From a virus: DNA of 64,000 nucleotides. The translations under genes were made by a program, and so were the position numbers. The notes beneath the pieces are model-generated. The model ran no database searches. It was not told the origin of the DNA and saw only the letters and a program-made list of their open reading frames with translations. Positions 27,239 through 38,900 of this stretch are shown here, one piece after another (position 1 is the first letter of the stretch; each line of letters starts with the position of its first letter). The stretch covers positions 32,001 through 96,000 of IMG/VR virus record IMGVR_UViG_3300024324_000009, one strand, 5' to 3'.

Positions 27239-30200
27239 ATGGCAATAGCATGTGGGGAATTTAGTAAATCCCAAGCGGGTCCATATAACCAACATTTAGT
27301 ATTAGGTGCAAGCCTTACATCAATGACTCTCAACGCAGGTTGGGGTTCTACTTCTAGTAGCTGTAGCTTAGGCTTAGTTTATGATGGATGTTCTCATTGG
27401 AGAGATCAGGCTGCATACGGCACTTTTAATACGTCAAGAGATTCTGTTCTACAACAGCCAAACAACTATCAACCAAAAAATGCTCTTGATAAATCACCTC
27501 TTGGTACTAGAGTTTCATTTGGAGAAGATACTGCTCCAGTAGTAGCTGCTACAGGATTCACCAACGCTGACGACCCATACAATGGACTGACAAGAACTAT
27601 AGGCCAAGCAGATCAGAATAAAGAAAACTATCAAAAACAGAATGACATAGACGACCTAGGAAAGGTAGTGTGGGCTCCACAACCCGGAGGCTTTCTGAGA
27701 AAAAACTGGCTTGGTCCTGATCCGGGGTTTATAGCAGATCAAACAAACGGTTTAAATGGTTTTGATGTAAATGGTACTTGTGTTTTTGCTAAATTTGATG
27801 AATTGTTTTTTGGCGGCTTTATTAAATCATGGGATGGTAAAGCAGGAAGTGGAGGCTCTACATATAACGTATCTTTACAGAGTATGACTCCTATACTTAA
27901 TGGTTTTAATATGATACTTAATGAGTATACTGGCAGCGTAGGAACTAGATACAATACAGGGAATGCATCTTTACCTATAGCTACTATTCCTAGTTCAAAC
28001 TACATAGGAGATTACAATGGAACATATTTTGGAAGTGTTAGAGGAGGGAATCATCCTAATCTTGTAAACTTATACGGTATAGCTACAGCATTTTATGGCT
28101 TTACTGCTTCTCGGTGGCGTAGTGACAGAGGTGTTGCTGCTTCCGATATTTATTTTCTAATTAGGTCATTGCTTGATCCTACTAATACCTATATTCCTCA
28201 TAGTGCTTGGTTTCCATATGGTGCTATTATTGGTAGAAGTTTGATAGACAGAACAACAGGACTAATGGTCAATACAGCCGAAACAGCTTTTACCTATGGA
28301 GGTGTATCATTATCCTATAATGATTTAGGATGGATGCCAGCAAAGCTAGCAATAGACAATAGGTTTAGGCCTATGTTTGCTTTAGATTTAAGTAGTGTTC
28401 CAATGCCTCCCAATGATCTCATTATATCTGAACCAAACTTAACCTTAACTGGTTTCTTAGATTTGCTATCTAAAGGTGGCAATTATGACTATCAAATTGA
28501 TTGTCTGCCTAGTTCCAACCCTTTATACAGTGCAGTAATCAAAGTCAACACGGTAGACAGAAGCAAAACCGCACCTATACACACTCTAAAAAACTCTCTA
28601 CTGAATACTTCTGTTGTTGAAAATGTTAGCTATGGAGAAGAATTTAATCCAAATTCTGTGAGAAAAGTCATTATCGGTGGACCTCAACAAAGAGTGGTCC
28701 AGATGACTACCGCCAGTAAAAATGTATACCAAGAAACTAGAACATATGATCCTTACGCAGTTGAAGAGAGAACAATAACTCCTCATGCTAAAAATTTAAC
28801 TCAAAATCGTCAAGCAGGCATGAATGCTGCTACTATGCCTACAACAAACACTAGGTGGTATAAGAGTTTTATTTACAACGGTGCGTTAGTAGCACAAAGT
28901 CAAACAACTACGCAGTTTTTTAGTGTTGACAGCAATGGTCTACAAGCAGTAAAAGCGTTCGGAAACTATGGTGGTCGAATAGCCGTGGCTATGCCAAATT
29001 ATGATAGTGTTAAACATTCTTATCCTTTAAGTTCTGATCTTATAAGTCCTTATTATGGAATTGATTCTAGAGGCATTACTAGACCTGTGTATTTTGATAA
29101 ATACATGGGACATATACAGATACTTACCAGCATGAGTGATTGGAATTTATTTGCTAACTGCAATATTCCTAAAGGTCTTTTAACAAGTGTTCCTGAGAGT
29201 CCAGAAGAAGAAGACCCAAGTGCTCCTCCTGTAGTAACAGATGATTCTAATGATCCTCCTGTAATTCCTAATCCAAACGAAGACGCACCTAGACCTCTTC
29301 AATTTAGCCCTCTTTCTTCTTGGATTATTAGTGAAACTGACATACGAGCAGCTAAAAGTGGACTAGAACAGTTCGTAGCATACCTGTATAATGAATACGA
29401 AAACGGATTCAGAGGTTTTACTGCCGTGCTTTTTTACAATTATATTCAATATAATTTTGGAACAAAGAATGCTGATAAGTTATTGTCTGGTCAAGAGAAC
29501 CGAGACAAAATGTTTAATACACAGCTTACTGATCTTGGAGACCTTAATAATGCTAAACTAGATCACACTTTAACTAATGCAACTAAAGGTACAACAGGCA
29601 GCTTAAGCGACTATAGAATCAAGATAGAAATAGAGGCTTTAAGAAAGTTTTTAGCAGAAGAAATTGGAAGCCATCATGCAAAAGAATATGCCGTTCGTTT
29701 GCCTGAAGTTTATTCATATCTAGACAGAGAAAATAATGTTCAGTTTAGTTATGTTCCTGTAGACGCGGGGTGGGAAGAAGAAGGTTCTCCTCTTGATGAC
29801 ACTATGGTATTTGGAGGAACCTTTGCTAATTACCTAGCCAATGAGAATGGCACTATGCCTCCTATACTAGGTTTTAATGCTAGCTTAGAATATGATAGAC
29901 AATCAAAAAAAATATCTGATGATGATGTAACGGCTATGCCTATAGAACCTTTAGACCCCTCTCCTCCACCAGCAGACCCAGACGGACCTGATGATGATGG
30001 TGAAGAGGCTCCGATTCCACCACCGACTGAAGAAAACGGAGGAGGATCGGGAGGTTCTAATCTCCCTCCTGAAGCAGGTATTCCGGGTGATAGTAATAAA
30101 GCAGCAACCGGAGGAAACACTCTCACTGAAACACCTATGGACCTTGGTTCTAGTCCAATTAAAAGTGAAAACAGCAGAGGGTGGTATTGTCCTTTAGATA

Positions 30201-32983
30201 CAGAAAAATTAAAAGGTGGAGATGGAGCCTTATATCTAACCAGTGCAGGCCAGATGAGAGCCACTAGACAAAATTTTTATGCTTCTATAGGATTTAATAT
30301 TCCTGCTGGTTTTGCATCATATGACTCTAACTCTGATTCACACTTGCAGAGAGCAAGAAATTTAGCTTGTATTAGAAAAGTATATGTTAAAGGACAAATT
30401 AAAGACGTTTCGCCAAGACGCAGAGGAGAAGGTAAGAAGTTTGGATACAATATGATGCACGGCTCTAATCCCATGTGTGTTATTAGTGGCCCTAGTCAAG
30501 TTGAACAAAAGGCAGAAGCCAGCGTAACTATGACTATACTGATACAAAAGTTTTTGTTTAACTTTCTAGGTTATCAAGTACCTAAAGAATCTGGATATCC
30601 TAGAGCTTGGCAGTATGGGAAAATGATAGTACAAAATGGGGAAGCATGGACACGGGGTGAAGCAGCAGGTGCATTAGAGAAGCAAGCAAAACTTAGAAAT
30701 AGTGTCATTAATGGCAATGTAACAGAATCTAATAAAGACGCGACAGCAGATAAACTGGAATTTAATACCGGCATGTGTGCCATTCCCAATTTTGCTGCTA
30801 TACCAATTAAATCTAATATTCAGAACTATGGACCTTGGAGTAGTGTTCCCGGTCTAGTAGAAAATATTTTGTTCAATAATCCGAACGTAGGAACCATAGA
30901 ACCCTTGAATCAAACGATGGCAGATAATATGGTTGGAGGCATTGAGGTAGACTACCAAGAGAGTGCTGTTCCTTGGAACTTTGGAGGAATAGAGTATTTA
31001 GACTATGCTAAACTAACACTGGCTAGTGCAGCACTTAAAGGACAACAAGGTTTAGAGAAAGGTTCCTTTAGTGTTCCGGGTGTCCTATTGTCAGATGGAG
31101 CCCCTGTAAGCCTTGGTGGCTTAGTAGGAAACAGTGGACCAGTTGTTAATTCTATTAATGTTAGCATTAATGGTAATGGTGGCGTTAAAACCAATTATAC
31201 ACTTAGAACTTGGACAAATAAAGTAGGCTTTTACAATGAGTCTAGAGCCTCAGAAATAGCAGAATTTGGTAAAAGAGGCAATCAAATTAGACAACAAAAC
31301 GCTGACTTGCAAATAGCGGTAGCAAGCATTCCTACTCAGGTTCTTAATGCTGTAGACAGGGCCATGATAGCAAAAGAGGAAAAAGCTAAGGTAGACAAAA
31401 CAAGTCCTGTAGAAGCATTCGTAGGTTCTGCTACTCCTTGTATTAGAGATGGGGCTGAAATTACAGCACAAGCAACCTATGGACCGGGATGGAGTCAAAG
31501 ACCAAGCACAGCATCAGCACAGTCTGGTCCAGACGATACCTATCAGCACATTGCTAGGACCACCTTATACGATAAGGGTGAATTTGCTGCTAAAGAAATG
31601 CGACCAGAAACTTATAACTATCAATCAATGATGAGTTTAGATGGTATCATATCTCCTATCTCTTTTTATCCGACTCCTTATGGTTCTACTTTTTCTATTA
31701 CAAAATATGATAGAGCACACTGTCCCTACTGCAAAGGTGCAGGGCAATATTCATTTAATGTACGAGAACCACAAAGAAACACGGTAGATTTTCCTTCTTT
31801 AGATGAAATACCCGTAACAAATAAGAATGAAAAATGTCAGTTTTGCATCCCTAGTTCAGAGAAGCAGAAAGAAAGAGAACAAGGTGCAGACTTATCAGTA
31901 ACAATTAGACAGCCTCCTTATATTGTAGACTACGGGCCTGATTCTGAAATAGATGCTCAGGGAGACTCATGTAATGATTCAAAAACTTTAATTAACTATA
32001 CGACACTAACCCCTGTGGTTATGTCGTCTACCACTGGAGAATTTGCTGTTTCTGCTAATCGTCAAGATGGAGACTTGTGTGCTCATTCTATTAGGATGGT
32101 AGGGATAGGATGGCTACCTCCTGAAGACGACGAAGACGTTTTTATTGATAGTGCTCCAAATCGTCAGAAAAACTATTCAGACTACGATAATAGTTTTGTT
32201 TCTAATAATTCTAGTAATAACAATGTTGTTCAAGACGGTGAAGGACAACTTACTTCTGATGAAACCTTCAGAGCATCTAACAATGCTAGATTTATGGGAT
32301 TGAGAGGTCCGTTGATGTTACATAGTTGGGGATATGATTTAGACGGTTATCCTGTACCAAATGCTTCTGGTGATCCCAAGTACGATGAAGAAGGCAATAT
32401 ACTAGTAGACGATGGTGGCAATCCCGTTTATAGCAATCAAAAACTTTTGTCAGATGGTACTTATTCTGCACCATTTGCTACTCAAGAGTTTGCAAAAAAT
32501 TGGGCTAGTACTCCTAATACTTGGCCTGTAGGACCGATTGATTTAAGATGGAATGCTGCTGCTAAAGTGTGGACTGTTGGTGTAGAATATAGTGACGTAT
32601 ATGTTGTTCTTGAGAACGATCTAAATGGGACTGATCCTGTTAGAGCAATCTTAAAAGATGCAGCAGACCACACTAATCCTTTGCCAGATGGTTTTAGGAA
32701 GTTAGTTTTTGTACAAGACCCTAATGGAACTTTTTCAGCACCAAGAGGAACAACTTTGTATTCCAAATACAATGTTGACACAGGATACTATAATCCTATT
32801 TACAATACTACTACTTTTACTTCTGGTATAGTAATCGGTAACGGTGCTGCGACAGTTATAGTTAGTGAAGCAGAATATGACGTAGGATATGAAAATCCTT
32901 TAAACATAAATATTGCTGCGGGTAATCCTGCTATTTTTATGTTTATTAATGGACAATGGGTGATTCAATCAACATCGTGCTAA
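27239..32983 (+). CDS. Large tail-tip/hub-like structural protein
   Basis: 1914 aa. The N-terminus (LGASLTSMTLNAGWG..SSCSLGLV, FFGGFIKSW) and the segment VNSINVSINGNGGVKTNYTLRT resemble hub/central tail proteins. Synteny. Confidence 0.5.
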   Translation: MAIACGEFSKSQAGPYNQHLVLGASLTSMTLNAGWGSTSSSCSLGLVYDGCSHWRDQAAYGTFNTSRDSVLQQPNNYQPKNALDKSPLGTRVSFGEDTAPVVAATGFTNADDPYNGLTRTIGQADQNKENYQKQNDIDDLGKVVWAPQPGGFLRKNWLGPDPGFIADQTNGLNGFDVNGTCVFAKFDELFFGGFIKSWDGKAGSGGSTYNVSLQSMTPILNGFNMILNEYTGSVGTRYNTGNASLPIATIPSSNYIGDYNGTYFGSVRGGNHPNLVNLYGIATAFYGFTASRWRSDRGVAASDIYFLIRSLLDPTNTYIPHSAWFPYGAIIGRSLIDRTTGLMVNTAETAFTYGGVSLSYNDLGWMPAKLAIDNRFRPMFALDLSSVPMPPNDLIISEPNLTLTGFLDLLSKGGNYDYQIDCLPSSNPLYSAVIKVNTVDRSKTAPIHTLKNSLLNTSVVENVSYGEEFNPNSVRKVIIGGPQQRVVQMTTASKNVYQETRTYDPYAVEERTITPHAKNLTQNRQAGMNAATMPTTNTRWYKSFIYNGALVAQSQTTTQFFSVDSNGLQAVKAFGNYGGRIAVAMPNYDSVKHSYPLSSDLISPYYGIDSRGITRPVYFDKYMGHIQILTSMSDWNLFANCNIPKGLLTSVPESPEEEDPSAPPVVTDDSNDPPVIPNPNEDAPRPLQFSPLSSWIISETDIRAAKSGLEQFVAYLYNEYENGFRGFTAVLFYNYIQYNFGTKNADKLLSGQENRDKMFNTQLTDLGDLNNAKLDHTLTNATKGTTGSLSDYRIKIEIEALRKFLAEEIGSHHAKEYAVRLPEVYSYLDRENNVQFSYVPVDAGWEEEGSPLDDTMVFGGTFANYLANENGTMPPILGFNASLEYDRQSKKISDDDVTAMPIEPLDPSPPPADPDGPDDDGEEAPIPPPTEENGGGSGGSNLPPEAGIPGDSNKAATGGNTLTETPMDLGSSPIKSENSRGWYCPLDTEKLKGGDGALYLTSAGQMRATRQNFYASIGFNIPAGFASYDSNSDSHLQRARNLACIRKVYVKGQIKDVSPRRRGEGKKFGYNMMHGSNPMCVISGPSQVEQKAEASVTMTILIQKFLFNFLGYQVPKESGYPRAWQYGKMIVQNGEAWTRGEAAGALEKQAKLRNSVINGNVTESNKDATADKLEFNTGMCAIPNFAAIPIKSNIQNYGPWSSVPGLVENILFNNPNVGTIEPLNQTMADNMVGGIEVDYQESAVPWNFGGIEYLDYAKLTLASAALKGQQGLEKGSFSVPGVLLSDGAPVSLGGLVGNSGPVVNSINVSINGNGGVKTNYTLRTWTNKVGFYNESRASEIAEFGKRGNQIRQQNADLQIAVASIPTQVLNAVDRAMIAKEEKAKVDKTSPVEAFVGSATPCIRDGAEITAQATYGPGWSQRPSTASAQSGPDDTYQHIARTTLYDKGEFAAKEMRPETYNYQSMMSLDGIISPISFYPTPYGSTFSITKYDRAHCPYCKGAGQYSFNVREPQRNTVDFPSLDEIPVTNKNEKCQFCIPSSEKQKEREQGADLSVTIRQPPYIVDYGPDSEIDAQGDSCNDSKTLINYTTLTPVVMSSTTGEFAVSANRQDGDLCAHSIRMVGIGWLPPEDDEDVFIDSAPNRQKNYSDYDNSFVSNNSSNNNVVQDGEGQLTSDETFRASNNARFMGLRGPLMLHSWGYDLDGYPVPNASGDPKYDEEGNILVDDGGNPVYSNQKLLSDGTYSAPFATQEFAKNWASTPNTWPVGPIDLRWNAAAKVWTVGVEYSDVYVVLENDLNGTDPVRAILKDAADHTNPLPDGFRKLVFVQDPNGTFSAPRGTTLYSKYNVDTGYYNPIYNTTTFTSGIVIGNGAATVIVSEAEYDVGYENPLNINIAAGNPAIFMFINGQWVIQSTSC

Positions 32984-32992
32984 GAGTAAAAT

Positions 32993-35900
32993 ATGAATAA
33001 TAAGTGTTGCAGAATAGTCAATGAAAATTCAGATCGTCCAATCGGTGATGACCCACTATACCTGTATCGTTTTGGGGAATGGCTTTGGAACCGCACATAC
33101 AATAATTTGGATAATGGACATACTCCACCGAGAGGTCATGCTGGATGGATGCCTATTATTATACGTGGTTATGAAGAAAACGTAGCTATTAGACCTTTAG
33201 CCCCTCCAAAAAATACAGGACTTGTAACTTTCGATCCGCTTAATTGTACAAATGATCAGTTTATTACCGATCCTACCAGAGTTGCGGACCCTAAATCTGC
33301 TTCTATAGATTGCCAATATTGTGAAGATTTTGGAAATGCTGTAGGATCACCTAGAGGCATTTCTCAATTAGGTGACGCTAAAAACAATAAAGTAAATACT
33401 GGTAATTACACTTGCTGCAATGGCAACTGTGACGTTAGGACTAATCAAATAGACGTAGATCATAATATTCCTTATGTTTTGCCACAGTATGTTGATCAAT
33501 GGGGAGACGATAAATATGAACTCAAGTGGCCCGATGTTTACAAAGGACTTAGCATAGAATGGGCCGCCTATCAAGGCAGAAAATGTGCATGGGAACTTCT
33601 ACCTACTATGGGTGAAATACCATATGATGCATCTACTAGTCAATACAACAATAAAAGAGACCATGAACTAGCCATAGAAAAAGCCAATATAGCTAACAGA
33701 ATGGCAGGAAACTTTATTGTATTTAAAATAGGTCCAAAAGCACAGTCCTATGATGATAGTGATGAGGCTATAGAGTGGTATAAAGATCAAATAAGGCCAT
33801 GTCTGGGAGAGTTTGGCTATATTAGCAACAGATTCAAAGATACTATTGATGTAGACCTACCAACTCCTGAAGAATTTACGGCTCCTTACGGCTTCAATGA
33901 TGGAACACAAGATAATGTCTTTATAGGAAGAAAGAAAAGAACTAGCTGGTGGAAATGGGATATCGAAGAGGCTCCTGTAGCTTGGTGTCTTAGACAAGAT
34001 AAAGATACTGTCTTAGGGACAGTTAACTATGTAACAGAAGAGGTTTTTAGTGAAGAACTTGGTCGAACAGAAGAAAGAATTACTCCGCAGTGGGATCATC
34101 AGTATTGGATACCTCCCGGTGATATATGGGTTGCTAAAATAGAACCAGACGAACCTCGAAACACCATGAGAGACGGCAAGACTGAGCAAGACGGCCAGCA
34201 GCGTTGTCCTTCCGGTGTCAAATTCATGGAGAGTGGCAATATGTATGTTTTGCCACACGATAGTTATGCTGTATATATTTCTTGTAATATGTATGAAAGA
34301 TTTTATGACGCTTATCAGTCTATAAAAGAAATTCCTACAATCAGACCCGAAGAAAGAATTTGGCAGGCAATGTACGCTGCTACCCATCCTTTAATAGACA
34401 AGGTAACTGTAGACTTACACAAGCCTTATACAATTAATACTGAAATAAAAGAGTACTTTAGTCCGGTAGATGACACAGCTACTCCTGTTAGCAGCGAAAG
34501 AACACAGCTGGGTAATTTTGCTAATCCTTACTATCAATTTATGAACTGGTTTGATAAAAAGTATATGACTAGTAGCAATCTTAATTTAATAGATAGTGAT
34601 ACGGACTTATGGAATACTCTAGTTTCTAAGTATGGTAGTTTTTACGATTCGTATCCAAGTCAATTTATAAAAGACATAACATTTGACAATCAAACACTAC
34701 CTGCGAATACACACTTAGGTGTAGACCTTGTGTACGACTTTCTTGTTGAGTCAGAAAGCGAATTAATACAAGGAAGAAGAAATCAACCTGATGTGCCAAA
34801 CTATCAAAACATGACAAATGCTGGCATAAATAGTACCTTTCAAGTAGGAGGATACACAGGAGCATCTATTGAGATCAATAGTCATTTTATAGAAAGAAAC
34901 AAACTGATTCCTGCAAATTTAGAAGAAGATGGAGTATGCCACAAATTAAGCAACCCCGCATTATTTTCTGATTGGAGAGCATTTAACGATAGTGTTTACA
35001 GAAGTGAATATTTACAGTCTGGGTGGCTATCATACGAAACTTACTATATAAGAAATGGAAACGGTACGAACAACCCTGAAACATACTGTCGTGAATGTGA
35101 TGAATATTCTAGTTATGCCAACTATGCTACAAGCAAATGTACAGAAGTTCAAAATTGTTTTTGCGATGAAGAAAGAGCAGTAGATGCTGGGCCGTGTTCA
35201 GGACAGGCTAAAAACATTGAAGATTGGACAATAAGAGACACTAGATACTATCCTGTTATAAACGATCCTAAAGCTACGCCTATATCTGTGGCTTTCCATG
35301 CTAATGGAGGTATATTTTATAGAGGTGCAAGTGATTCCGGTATAGTAAGATTCGGTGATCAGAACAGTAATATAGGAGAAAGAAAATTTAGGATCACCTT
35401 GGAAATGGAGAGTTTCGGTACTGATGCTGGTCGGACTTCTCCATTGGGTCTTAGGGTATATGCTTGTGATCTGTATGCATTACAGAGTAGTAGTCCAGAG
35501 ACATACCTTTGTCAGAGATTCCCTATAGTTGGACAACTACAAACTCCTACAATCAATACTGACAATGAGTGGCCTATACAAACTTCTCCAGCACAAGGTG
35601 GAAGATGGGAAACTCAACCAGCATATCTTCCGGGGTTAAGCACTAAATATGCTCCTAGCTTAAAAAAATATGGAGGCTTCAATAAAAAGGAAATAGAAGA
35701 AATGTTTCCCTATGGCTATGAGCAAATGGAAGACTACGAAAAAGAAGATAAAGTAGTTAAAGAAACGGTATATAATTATGATTCTAATAAGCCTTTTGGT
35801 TGCGGAAGTAGTGACTCAATGACATTTAAAAATTATGTTGAGACTAACTATGATTTAGAAATACAGACAGCCAGAGGATTGATGGATCATACTATATCTA

Positions 35901-38900
35901 TTTCTGAAGGAGGAACATTTACCGGAAGCAGAACAAAAGAAGACCCATTTGAACCATTAGATGTAGTTGTAAACGAAGACTATAAAAGATTTAAAACCTA
36001 TGTTCAGTATGGTCGGTCTAGTTTAAAAGACGAGAACGGCTATCTACTTAGTGCTGATTCGGATGGTGTCGCATGGGATGGAGGAGGAAATTGGACTTTA
36101 GATTGGATACCAGAAAACTCTAAAGGCAACACATATAATCTATCCGTTAGGTTAGCAAATCCATATTTGAGTAAGCTATTAGACACTGTGGGACACGAAG
36201 GAAATAGAAAATATTACCCGCCTGCATCAAACCCGAGAGCATGGTATGACAACCTAGATTACCTTGGAGGAACTTATGGCTATTGCGACAATCCAGACCA
36301 GTGGTATGATTATGGAGATCAAACTTCTAGGGTTACTGTCGTTGTTAGAGCAACACCTAAGCCTGTTACAGCTAAATTTGCTATGTTCCCACCTTCTCCT
36401 GTAGAATGTTTTGATAGGGTTCAGTTTACTAAAGACGGTCAAGTAAAACCCACTGATGACAAAGGCGTTATTCCTACATCTTACAAAAATCAATTACGAA
36501 GATCGGCTGGTCGATCATTATTACCCAAGTTGACTTTTAACAATATAGTCGATTGGGACAGTGGCCCTTTACCTTATGATCTAAGTGAATCTTTTCTAAT
36601 TAATGAAAAACAATCCAAGTCTCTGTCTTCATTATTTAGAAAAGTAAAAAACTTTACTGAAAACCGTAAATTTAAGATTGTTCTAGCAACTAGAGATGGT
36701 AAATTTTTCCAACTAGATGGCCTTCCAACTAGATATGAATCACAGAAAAAAACTTACGAAGGTTTTGGTCACTTTGTTCAAGTAGTTCGTGACGGCTCTG
36801 ATTATAATACATATTTACCCGGAGCGATACCTTTAGTGCAAAAGAAAACACTGGAAGATGTTACATGGGTGACAAAACCTAACACAAGGTTTACTGCAAA
36901 AATTAACAATACTTTAGAAAACTTTGATCCTAATTGGCCTCTTAATCTTAGGCTAACCACAGGCTATAGAATAGACCCTGTAAACAATACGTTAACATTC
37001 GCCGGAACAAGAATGTTTTTTGCTCTGTTTCCTAAAGTAGAAATTATTACTTTGCCTAGTCCTAGTGATGATATGGAAAACAATCCTCCTGTTGGCAGCA
37101 TAGTTAATTTTTTAAGAGGACCAGTAGGAACTTATTACAAATACGCAGATGCAGACGAAGCACCTTTTTCGTCTAAGTACGTTGTCTTTAATCCTAATGA
37201 TTATACATGGCAAAGATATTCTGATCTGCACTACGACTTTAACAATACTAGTTATATAGGATATGTTTATAACTCAATATTAAAAATCAACCCAATTACA
37301 TTCTATTTCTATCGTGACCCTCTGGGAGACAGAACTAAACAAGCAGAAGCAATTTGTACAGAAATGAGATTGAAGTCTTATTTGGTGGATGCTAGAGGTA
37401 AAAGGGTTTTTCCCGGTACTTTAAATGATCCTTGTATAGATTTATGTACAGACGGTGGGATAACTTTCATAAGAACAGAAACAGAATTAAAGTTTAAAAA
37501 TAATTTAAATGTTGATTGGTATGAGATAGATGATTTAAAAACTGAAATTTTATCTTCACATATCTATAAGCCAGAATGCGTAAATAACGAGAAAGATAGT
37601 TTTCTTAGCAACCGAAAGTATAGGTCTAAGTGGTCTGATCTTAAGGGTTTTGACGGAATTATTCTTGATCACAGCGAAGAAGAACAGTATGCTAGTAAAT
37701 ACTACCCTCCTACTAGATATGACAATGTATTTTATAAGATGCTTGTTGACAATGATAATCAGTCAGAAATACCTACTTCTAGAGGTGAAGAGAGACACCA
37801 CTCTATTGTACCATACGGAAACAAAGGCTCTGCTCCTTTCCGTTTCAACATACATCAAAAATACAATGTAGACTACGGAAATGATTTGGTCAACTCAGCA
37901 GAGATTAGTGGAGTACATAATTATTTCCCTTTCATGGACATCAATGATAAGGATTGGGGTTTAGGATATACCCCTGTAGATAAATTCTTTGTCCCAGAGG
38001 TTATAGAGCAAGATTTTGATGGACTAGTTGAGCCTAATCTTACAGAGGTAAAACAAGGGGCTCTTGGAGAATATCAAAGAACTAGACCCGATAAACAAAT
38101 TATATTAACTATTCCTGCTGATGCAACATTCACACAAACTATAGAATTTGCTACAAAAGCTGATACATATGTAATCTCAGATACTTTAAGAGCAGATACT
38201 CCGTTGTTTTATTTAGGAGAGATAGAGCAAGAAGATACAGAAAACTGTCCGGGTGATCTCGACATCCTTAAACCAGACCCATATCAAGGCAGAAACTATG
38301 GTAAAAATTTTGGAGGCACACTTGATATAGGCAGGCCTTATGATATAAGAAAAGGCACAATGCCTTTAGAGAACTGGAAACCAAAAAGTGCTTTTGCTAG
38401 ATGGACTAGATACTGCGATATTGATGAAGAAACTTGTGAAACTCAAAAGTGTATCACTTCAGGTCGTGGGTCAACAGAACTATATGGGGTTTACAAAATG
38501 TCAAACCCTACGAAACTAACTTATAGAGAACTTGCTGGTCAAGACTTCCTTGCTTTTATATCTTACAATGCTGGAATAGTTAATGGCATGAATGGTGTTA
38601 GGCCTCCAAAAATTTTAAGGTCTATACATAGTAAACAAGAAAACCCAGCCATAAAAAATGATATACTGTACTCTAAAGACAATACAGACCTTTGTAACGA
38701 CAGAGTAGTTCTACCTCCAGAATATCAATATCCTGATTGGGATACACAGGTTAACTCTACATTTTTGCAAGGAGTAAAAGATTTAGAAAAACTAAGTCTA
38801 ACATACGAACCTGCTGAACAACTAATAAAATCAGACCTGCTTGCTGAAGAGATGGTGTTTAGGGCTTTGTACGGAGAAAAAGAATTTGTCAATCGTACAT

